Origin: Candidatus Nanoarchaeia archaeon
GTDB taxonomy: Archaea > Nanobdellota > Nanobdellia > Woesearchaeales > GW2011-AR9
Assembly (NCBI GenBank): GCA_035289845.1
Contig: DATDWB010000027.1
Coordinates: 621-64,620, forward strand
Length of the DNA stretch: 64,000 nucleotides
Direction of reading: 5' to 3'
The position numbers and the translations under genes were made by a program. Below are positions 57,336 through 64,000 of the stretch, one piece after another. The stretch's first letter is position 1. Each line of letters starts with the position of its first letter. The notes under the pieces are model-generated. The model ran no database searches, had not been told where the DNA came from, and saw only the letters and a list, made by a program, of their open reading frames with translations.

Positions 57336-57878
57336 TTACTTTTTGATTATACATACCTTAGTGGTTATCTTATTAGCTAAATAAAACAGGGATAACACTA
57401 AAATTATTACTGCTAGGAAGCCTAGTTCCAGCCCCTTAAAGGGAAGAAATCCTAATATACTACTTAACCCTAAAACACTAAAAATACTTAAGGCACAACT
57501 AGGGCAGGCTGGGACTATAATTGCAGCAATAATTCCGGTCAAGCCTGTTCCAGCCGATGAACCAGTTCCAGATAGGGATAACTTTTTCTCATGGAGCTGC
57601 TTCCTTAAAAGATAGATACTGCCTGAAAACACTACTCCTCCCAATAAACAGATTAATATTATAAATATCAAAGCGGGCAGGGGAAGCAGCATTATCCAAC
57701 CGACAATCAGATAAAAAACTAATTTTAGGCTAAAATTAGACCATAAGAGGTGATAATTAATAATTAACCCGTTGGTTACAAAAACTATTAAAGCAAAACT
57801 GAAGGTTAAGATAAAATAACTTTTTTGAGAATATACTTGAATTAAAGCTTCCCAAGTTAAAGTCAAATATTTTTTCAT
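57336..57878 (-). CDS. small polytopic membrane protein with intramembrane CPSC motif (candidate membrane thiol-disulfide oxidoreductase or metal-binding protein)
   Basis: Four or five TM helices with 'IIVPACPSCALSIFSVLG' inside a helix. No loop Cys pair, so not a canonical VKOR/DsbB. Confidence 0.35.
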   Translation of the reverse strand: MKKYLTLTWEALIQVYSQKSYFILTFSFALIVFVTNGLIINYHLLWSNFSLKLVFYLIVGWIMLLPLPALIFIILICLLGGVVFSGSIYLLRKQLHEKKLSLSGTGSSAGTGLTGIIAAIIVPACPSCALSIFSVLGLSSILGFLPFKGLELGFLAVIILVLSLFYLANKITTKVCIIKK

Positions 57879-57908
57879 AAGTTAGATGCAACCGTATTCC
57901 CTAAAGAT

Positions 57909-58253
57909 TTATTCTAATAAGCATCCGCTGCGTAAACTTAAATCTTCCAATGATAACTTGCCTACCTCCCTAGTCCCATCCTCAAATACCCAAGTGGGGT
58001 AAGAAGTTATGCCGGCAAAATTGCAAACTTCTCTTTGCCCGCCACCTTCCAGAGCGCATTCAATATAGTTAACTTCACTAAAACTGCTTCCAAAGAGAAG
58101 TTTTTGTTCTTTACAATGCGGACACCAATCTGCCCCATACATTTTAACACCTTTTTCAGTCAAACATTGAGCAAATTCTTTGCTGGCTCCGTTGCAGCTA
58201 ATTAAAAAGATGGTCAAAACAGCCATTAATAAAATTAAATACGTTTTTTTCAT
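57909..58253 (-). CDS. thioredoxin-like lipoprotein (lipobox LISC, CPHC active site)
   Basis: Signal 'LILLMAVLTIFLISC' ends in a lipobox-like L-I-S-C. 'YGADWCPHCKEQK' thioredoxin motif. Confidence 0.6.
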   Translation of the reverse strand: MKKTYLILLMAVLTIFLISCNGASKEFAQCLTEKGVKMYGADWCPHCKEQKLLFGSSFSEVNYIECALEGGGQREVCNFAGITSYPTWVFEDGTREVGKLSLEDLSLRSGCLLE

Positions 58254-58301
58254 TTTTAGAGGAGGTTAAGCATTATTTTTAAATTTTGCTATTTTATTGT
58301 T

Positions 58302-58718
58302 TTAAAGAGTTCCTAAAATTTTACCTTTAATATTAGTACTTTTATGTTTATGTTCCTGATAAGGCTTAGCACGTTTAATGAGCGGATTTAATCCCAATTC
58401 ACTTAATTTATCACTTAGATTAGCTTCGCTAATAGCATGGTCATAACCTAAGAAAATTATACCTGGGTTTTTTTCCATAATTATCTTAAAATGATCATCC
58501 GGATAACCCAGCACGGCTTCATCAACTATCCTAAGATTTTTAATCAGCTCTAGCCGTTCATTCTCATTAAATACTACCACTTTATTTTGCTGTTTCTTAG
58601 TCTTATCTCTAGCCACAACTACAATTAAGAAATCTGCTAGCCTCTTTGCCTGTTGTAAATAATTAATATGCCCTAAGTGCAATAGGTCAAAGGTGCCAAA
58701 ACACATTATAGTCTTCAT
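58302..58718 (-). CDS. cytidylyltransferase-fold nucleotidyltransferase, RibL-like (archaeal FAD synthetase) candidate
   Basis: 'MCFGTFDLLHLGHINYLQQAKRLADFLIVVVARD' and 'VDEAVLGYPDD...IIFLGYDH' match the (H/T)xGH cytidylyltransferase family. Size and pattern fit RibL (MJ1179). Start overlaps the upstream gene by 4 nt. Confidence 0.5.
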   Translation of the reverse strand: MKTIMCFGTFDLLHLGHINYLQQAKRLADFLIVVVARDKTKKQQNKVVVFNENERLELIKNLRIVDEAVLGYPDDHFKIIMEKNPGIIFLGYDHAISEANLSDKLSELGLNPLIKRAKPYQEHKHKSTNIKGKILGTL

Positions 58719-60790
58719 TTGTCTTTTAAAACGGCCTCGTCAATTATTAATTTGCCGGAATGAGGGCCATCCATTATTTTTCTGAACCGGATAATTTCTA
58801 ATTTTTTATTAAATAAAGGTGCATCCAGGACTAAAGACTCAAATTCTCCTCCCTCACCCGCTAAGTTAAGATTTTTTCTTTTTAGTTCCTCAATCATTTT
58901 TTCATCAATTTCTCTTCCCAACCAGGATTCGTCTAAACCATCAGCTGCAACAGCAGTAATTACAACCGTAAACCCTTGATGGACTAGATAATACATCTGC
59001 TGTTCCTGAGGTTTATGCCATAAGGGAGAAAAAATTTTTAATTGTAATCTGTCGCAGATTTTTTCTATCCTATCGCGTTGATAAGTTGAAAATATAGCTC
59101 CATTAACAATACCTTCAATCTGATATTTTTCTTTAGCTTTATGCAAGGCTTCCTCCAGATCAGCCAATTCTTCCTCCTTGACTCCTTTAGTTTCCTGAAT
59201 TAAGATTGGAATTCCCATTGATTGGGCCTGTAATTCCACTAATTCTGTTCCTGCTGATTGAAACATGTAAGAATAATTATTTTTGGATTTTAAAGTTATC
59301 AAACAGGTTAACTCGTAATTCTGTTGCTGCATAATATAAGCTGCGGAAGTTGAATCCTTACCGGAAGAAAATAGCACGCCCAACTTAACATTAGAAGGAT
59401 GGTAAAATGTCTGAAGGTAAGCCGATTTGGATACAAAGCCATTTAATTTGGCCAATTTGCTTAATGCATTATCAATTTTTGAACCGTACTGAGCGGCCGT
59501 TTTTTTACGGAAAGCTATTTTGGGATCAATCCCGTCAGCTAAAGCAATATCCCGTAAAATTAGTTTAGTTTCAGAACTTTTAATTTTAAATTCTCCAGGT
59601 ATTTTTAAGGCAAAATTAACTAATTTAAGATCCAGGAAAGGTAATCGCAACTCCAAATTATTCTCCATGGTGATTACGTCGTCCCGGTAAAGGTCTCGTT
59701 CATAAATTTTAAGCAGGCCAGATAGACATTCTGGATTGATATTGGGTGAATTTTTGTGCCGTTCATATCCCGCAAATATTTCTTCACTCCCCAAACCAGA
59801 AAAAATTACCTTGCATCCATCCTCTTTAGCTAATTCACAAGCTAGGTAAAAAGTTAGACCAACCCCTACCTTGACCACATTTGAATCTTCAATTAAGGTA
59901 ATTACTTCTTTTAGATAACCGGGTAGATCTTCTAATTTAATTTTCTTGATTCTTAGTTTTAAATTTAATTTGGCGGCAGCTTTTTGAGCCCAGATTAAAT
60001 CTTGTGGTGGCTGCCCTTCAGTATCTAATACAGCTGTGTAGCAGATAAAATCCTGGCCCAAATCTTGTAGACACTTAGCCAAGAAAGTAGAGTCTACTCC
60101 CCCGGAGAATAACAATCCAAATTTCTGATTAGGTATCCTTTTTTTGACCGCTTCCCGCAATAATTTTTTAGTAGTTTGTTTTAAGTCCCCATATCCTAAT
60201 TGGTGTTCTGGAAGATAGGTTAAAAAATCTCTGAAGATAAAATTAAGAGTTTGTAATTTTAAATGATATATTAATATGGCACGGGGATTTAATTCCTTAA
60301 CTAAATTATAACCCAGATTTTCCAAAACCTTTTTTTCTGAAGCAATAGCCAAAGAGCCATCAACATAGGAATACCACAACGGTTTTACCCCTAGCAAGTC
60401 TCTAGCTAAAATAACTTTATCCCCTTTAATGTAAGCAAAGGAATAAACACCATCCAATTCGGAAAGATAAACTGCTGGTTCTGAGCCAAATACATCCCTC
60501 TTATCCAAGAATTGAAGCAATAAATCCGCATCATTTTCCACTTTAAAATTGTATTTATCCGCCAACTCCCGCCAGTTATAAATTTCACAGTTAGCGGCCA
60601 AAGTTCCAACTCGGGTGATTGGCTGAGGCACATGATTCACCAGAGCATGCAAAGTGTGGCCTAAAAAACTAGCGGGATTGATCTTAGCTATACCTGATCC
60701 ATCCCTGCCCCTATTTTTAAGCAGAGGCAAAGCTAACTTAACCTGTTCTTCCGCCTTAGGATTATTAAAAATTCCAATTATGCCACACAT
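58715..60790 (-). CDS. three-domain fusion: class-II glutamine amidotransferase + asparagine-synthetase-like PP-loop domain + Dph6/MJ0570-like PP-loop ATP pyrophosphatase domain
   Basis: N-terminal 'MCGIIGIF...RGRDGSG' (Ntn Cys2). First PP-loop 'FGLLFSGGVDSTFLAK'. Second PP-loop 'VLFSSGKDSTSAAYI' and 'AGEGGEFESLVLDAPLF', both diagnostic of the diphthine-ammonia ligase / ATP_bind_4 family. Confidence 0.7.
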   Translation of the reverse strand: MCGIIGIFNNPKAEEQVKLALPLLKNRGRDGSGIAKINPASFLGHTLHALVNHVPQPITRVGTLAANCEIYNWRELADKYNFKVENDADLLLQFLDKRDVFGSEPAVYLSELDGVYSFAYIKGDKVILARDLLGVKPLWYSYVDGSLAIASEKKVLENLGYNLVKELNPRAILIYHLKLQTLNFIFRDFLTYLPEHQLGYGDLKQTTKKLLREAVKKRIPNQKFGLLFSGGVDSTFLAKCLQDLGQDFICYTAVLDTEGQPPQDLIWAQKAAAKLNLKLRIKKIKLEDLPGYLKEVITLIEDSNVVKVGVGLTFYLACELAKEDGCKVIFSGLGSEEIFAGYERHKNSPNINPECLSGLLKIYERDLYRDDVITMENNLELRLPFLDLKLVNFALKIPGEFKIKSSETKLILRDIALADGIDPKIAFRKKTAAQYGSKIDNALSKLAKLNGFVSKSAYLQTFYHPSNVKLGVLFSSGKDSTSAAYIMQQQNYELTCLITLKSKNNYSYMFQSAGTELVELQAQSMGIPILIQETKGVKEEELADLEEALHKAKEKYQIEGIVNGAIFSTYQRDRIEKICDRLQLKIFSPLWHKPQEQQMYYLVHQGFTVVITAVAADGLDESWLGREIDEKMIEELKRKNLNLAGEGGEFESLVLDAPLFNKKLEIIRFRKIMDGPHSGKLIIDEAVLKDK

Positions 60791-60862
60791 GGGTGACTAA
60801 TTCCAGGGCGTTTTTATAAAGGTTTAGAATAAAAATAGTCACTAAAAAATCTGTTAGATTTA

Positions 60863-61192
60863 TTAAAAAAGGTTATCTGAAAACTTAACATACACTGGGT
60901 AACAGTTTTCCCTCCAGATATAGGGATTCTCTTTTTGCAGAACAGTCCTAATTATTTCCCGATCTTGCTCCAACAAAGGCTGGCCTAGGGTAGAAGCCAA
61001 AACAAAAATGCATTCCTGCCCCTTATCCCTAGCGCTAGGATTGACAAACAATTCCCTTACTAAGTGAGCTTCTATTACCAATCCGGGAAAGGGGTCACCT
61101 AGATTATGCTGAGATAAGTAATCTTTGATTAGCTGTTCCATTGGTACAATTACTTTGTTAGCGTCGGAAACCTTATTCACATCTTGGACCAT
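60863..61192 (-). CDS. hypothetical protein (109 aa)
   Basis: ORF only. Confidence 0.3.
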   Translation of the reverse strand: MVQDVNKVSDANKVIVPMEQLIKDYLSQHNLGDPFPGLVIEAHLVRELFVNPSARDKGQECIFVLASTLGQPLLEQDREIIRTVLQKENPYIWRENCYPVYVKFSDNLF

Positions 61193-61305
61193 ATTTAAGA
61201 TTTTAATAGTTTTATATATAAAAATTGTGTTAGATGTGGCTATCGATTTATTTGGCGTGGAGTAGCATAATAATTAAAAAGACCACCCAAAAAGATTAGT
61301 TTATT

Positions 61306-61767
61306 TTGATAGACACCAAATCAATAAGGTTAAAGCCTGAATTAATGAAATTGGTTCAGGAACAGAAAATTCCATCGCTGATGCTCTACCTGATTGAAGT
61401 GTATATTACTCCTGAATCGGCTGCGCAAGAAGGATCAAAGGTTGACCTTTCTCAAAAATTTGTTTACAGTAAGTATGGTTTTACACCTTTAAGTAAAGGA
61501 GCAGTTATTATCAGCCCAGAGTTCTTCTTTTCTTCTAAATATTATGAAATCGCAGATTTGACCGATCTTGAAGAAGAAGAAATGCCCCTGTCTTTTTCCA
61601 CAATGGAGCATTTAGTAAGCTACTTAAAAGATAAAAAAATAAAAAAAATAAATTATCCTAGCGGGCCATTTAAGTATTGGGAAGATTTTGAGAGCCTTTT
61701 CCTATATAGGGGTCTGCACCAACCGGAAATAAAAGAAATACTTGACTACGCCAAAAAGATCGCTTGA
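61306..61767 (+). CDS. hypothetical protein (153 aa)
   Basis: ORF only. Confidence 0.3.
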   Translation: MIDTKSIRLKPELMKLVQEQKIPSLMLYLIEVYITPESAAQEGSKVDLSQKFVYSKYGFTPLSKGAVIISPEFFFSSKYYEIADLTDLEEEEMPLSFSTMEHLVSYLKDKKIKKINYPSGPFKYWEDFESLFLYRGLHQPEIKEILDYAKKIA

Positions 61768-61784
61768 GACTACCCAGTTTACTA

Positions 61785-62882
61785 TTATTTTATATGTAGC
61801 TCTAATATATCTTGGTCTTGCAAAATGTGTTTTAACATCAGTCTCTGTCCAGGAAATTTAACTGATTTCCCCCACACTCTAGCAAACTTAAATTTTTTAA
61901 CAAAATCGTGGTGCAGTTTTACACACACATTCTCAATGCTAGCTCCGCGGAAAATAATTAAAGGTTCATTCAAATCTGCTTCCTTCTTAGGCTCCTTCAA
62001 ATAGACGCGAATAAAGTCCAGACGATTGAATATCAAATCTTTTAACTCATCTATCCCTAAATTTTCGTGGGCTGAAATAATCACATCAGCATTCATTTCC
62101 TGCTTTACCTTAGCGACTGCAGCAGTAGAAGCCAAATCGGCTTTGGCAATGCAGGTTATACCCGGCACATATTTTTTATTCCCTTCAATACAGTCAATAA
62201 AATCATCTACATCTATCGGACTGCGTATTAAAACCTCAGCATTGGCAATTTTAAATTCCCGTAAAATACTTTTCAAGGTATCATCATCGACATCTAGAGG
62301 TACGGTTTTGCCAATATGAATCCCTCCTTGAGATTTTCGCTTGATGAAAACCTCCGGTTTCTTTTTATTAATTCGAATTCGGGCTTCCCAGACTTCCCGC
62401 AGAATGGCAGGGTAATGTTCCGGATGATTGACATCAATCACAATTAATACTAAATCAGCGTTTTGGATTACCGCTAAAACTTCCCGCCCCCTACCCCGGC
62501 CGGAAGCTGCTCCACTAACAATTCCGGGAACGTCCAAAATTTGGATTTTAGACTGTTTATACTCCATAATTCCCGGTATAACTGATAAGGTAGTGAAGGC
62601 ATAGGCTGCTACCACCGATTCGGCATTAGTAAGCTTATTTAATAGAGTAGATTTACCGGCGGAGGGAAACCCCAGCAGTAAAACAGTAGCATCTCCCGAC
62701 TTCCTAACAGTATAACCATGCTCAGACTTACCGGTTTTTTTGCCAACACGAGAGTCTTGTTTGTCTTTTAACTGAGCTATTTTAGCCTTAACTATCCCCA
62801 CGTGGCCCTGAGTAGCCTTGTTATATTTCGTTTTCTTTAACTCGTCCTGCAGTTCCTTGATTTTCTTGCTATAATCAACCAT
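61785..62882 (-). CDS. drg: developmentally regulated GTP-binding protein (DRG/Rbg1, Obg-family GTPase with TGS domain)
   Basis: G1 'GFPSAGKSTLLNKLT', G3 'DVPG', G4-region 'VIDV', C-terminal TGS-like '...VWGKSVKFPGQRLMLKHILQDQDILELHIK'. Confidence 0.85.
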   Translation of the reverse strand: MVDYSKKIKELQDELKKTKYNKATQGHVGIVKAKIAQLKDKQDSRVGKKTGKSEHGYTVRKSGDATVLLLGFPSAGKSTLLNKLTNAESVVAAYAFTTLSVIPGIMEYKQSKIQILDVPGIVSGAASGRGRGREVLAVIQNADLVLIVIDVNHPEHYPAILREVWEARIRINKKKPEVFIKRKSQGGIHIGKTVPLDVDDDTLKSILREFKIANAEVLIRSPIDVDDFIDCIEGNKKYVPGITCIAKADLASTAAVAKVKQEMNADVIISAHENLGIDELKDLIFNRLDFIRVYLKEPKKEADLNEPLIIFRGASIENVCVKLHHDFVKKFKFARVWGKSVKFPGQRLMLKHILQDQDILELHIK

Positions 62883-63030
62883 AAACAGGACTATCTCAAG
62901 GAGGGTTTTTAACCTTTTCTGCCATTTATGACCTGTAAAATATCAGCCTGAAGGTCAAAGAAAACTGACCACTAGTGGAATAAGCAGATTTATACCGGCT
63001 CTGCAGAAAAAGTCCTACTTCGCAGACAAG

Positions 63031-63174
63031 AAATGTGACTTATTCACATTTCTGTCCTGAAAATAAATCTTTGTTTATTTTCATGTACCACAACCCTAAA
63101 CTAAAGTCCTAGGAACATGGTCTGCTACGTCTGGTCAAGTCAAGATTATCTGATAATCATTGACAATCTTGACC
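63031..63174. promoter_or_regulatory. divergent promoter region with two palindromic operator-like sites
   Basis: 'AAATGTGA-CTTAT-TCACATTT' (63031..63051, 8-bp perfect inverted repeat). About 42-bp imperfect palindrome 'GGTCAAGTCAAGATTATC-T-GATAATCATTGACAATCTTGACC' (63133..63174). Lies in the 360-nt gap between drg (minus) and the next plus-strand gene. Confidence 0.35.
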
Positions 63175-63242
63175 TAGACGGACTCTTTCTACAGAGTCAT
63201 TTATACCCAAAGATTTAAAAAGATGCCCATTAAATTTTATTT

Positions 63243-63716
63243 ATGGAAGAAAGAGAAAAAAGATACGCTGCTTCAGCAATCATTTATAATGACCAAGGAC
63301 TAGTTTTACTTGCCCGAAGATCTTTAACCAAACGGCCTTTTCCAGGCGTTTTGTCATTGCCTTCAACCTATTTAAGAGATCAGGATGGAAATTTTTCACA
63401 TGAATTTCCAACTTATAAAACCGTAAAAGAACAATTGGAGGCAGCAGTAAAAAACAAATTAGGTATCGATATAACTCTAGGCAGCCCAATAGGGGATAAA
63501 ATAGGAGTTCAGGGAGAATATATCCTACATATGGCGGATTATTTTGCTCGATTTACCAAGGGTGAAATTACCCCCAATGAAGAGGATTTCTGTGAAGCTT
63601 TGTTTGCCGATCCGGCAGAAATGTTCGCCGGAAAAAAACGAGATAAGATGGGGTTATGTATGCAAATACTCCTAACCCGATTAAATTTTGACCCAGACTT
63701 CTGGAAGAGATACTGA
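63243..63716 (+). CDS. hypothetical protein (157 aa), weak Nudix-fold-like N-terminus without an intact Nudix box
   Basis: 'AASAIIYNDQGLVLLARRS...PFPGVLSLPS' resembles a Nudix beta-strand/loop. The REx2EE box is not present. Confidence 0.3.
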   Translation: MEEREKRYAASAIIYNDQGLVLLARRSLTKRPFPGVLSLPSTYLRDQDGNFSHEFPTYKTVKEQLEAAVKNKLGIDITLGSPIGDKIGVQGEYILHMADYFARFTKGEITPNEEDFCEALFADPAEMFAGKKRDKMGLCMQILLTRLNFDPDFWKRY

Positions 63717-63840
63717 AGGAAAGAAGGTAATTCAACATAAACCACGGGGTAATATGGTAGCACTAGTGTATAGGCAGACTATTTATACTAAACCAATTTA
63801 ACCACAATTTTTATATATCAAGCTTCCAATTTAAGTTACA

Positions 63841-64000
63841 TGGAAAATAGCACCATCAGCGGTGTGGTACAAACTGCCCAAATCTACTTTAAATCTATTT
63901 TAATAGGAGTAGTTATATTGCTGGTGGGTTTTAGTTTAGGGGTCTTAGCCAAAAAAATTCTTCAGCGCATATTAAAAGAAGTAGAGTTAAATAAGATTAT
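63841..64000 (+). CDS. 3'-truncated ORF, membrane protein N-terminus
   Basis: ATG at 63841, open to the window end. 'IYFKSILIGVVILLVGFSLGVLA' TM helix. Confidence 0.3.

Noticed and set aside
1-64000. Idea that the contig is bacterial (or a bacterial/archaeal chimera) because of sigma-70, LspA, DsbA, GyrA, LemA and HtpX.
   Set aside because: The bacterial-type genes are interspersed along the whole window, not in one block, between unmistakably archaeal genes (PCNA, Topo VI, Hef, aIF-1A, archaeal DnaG, cpGTPase, DRG, intron-containing tRNAs with archaeal-style promoters). Composition looks uniform by eye. A mis-assembly cannot be fully excluded without coverage data.
1-64000. CRISPR arrays, rRNA genes, integrase/transposase genes.
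   Set aside because: No tandem direct repeats with spacers were seen. No rRNA-like conserved stretches were seen. No ORF with DDE, tyrosine-recombinase or serine-recombinase signatures was seen. The only mobile-element-like signal is the non-autonomous MITE at 20.7 kb.

Overview
The window is an AT-rich, gene-dense chromosomal segment that is archaeal in its core information-processing genes. These include PCNA, topoisomerase VI subunits B and A, a Hef helicase-nuclease, aIF-1A, archaeal-type DnaG, a RIO kinase with a KH/Dim2-like partner, a DRG GTPase, an archaeal/eukaryal-type TrpRS, RNase J, ThiI and a YlqF-like circularly permuted GTPase. Three tRNA genes each carry an unusual ~20-30 nt insertion in the T-loop. 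Alongside these sits a conspicuous set of bacterial-type genes: a full sigma-70 (RpoD-like) factor, lipoprotein signal peptidase II (LspA) with several lipobox proteins, a DsbA-like/thioredoxin disulfide module, LemA, HtpX, GyrA and ScpB. This mosaic, the many small signal-peptide/C-terminal-TM surface proteins and the multi-intron tRNAs suggest, as an inference, a DPANN-like archaeon. The main hunt results are the sigma-70 gene in an archaeal context, a three-domain GATase/asparagine-synthetase/Dph6-like fusion in an operon with a RibL-like nucleotidyltransferase, an LspA-plus-lipobox system, a palindromic intergenic repeat family with four copies abutting gene 3' ends, and a single MITE-like element with 14-bp terminal inverted repeats (TIRs) and a 9-bp target-site duplication (TSD). 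I saw no CRISPR array, rRNA, or obvious integrase or transposase. Most hypothetical calls rest only on ORF length, operon context and signal/TM features.
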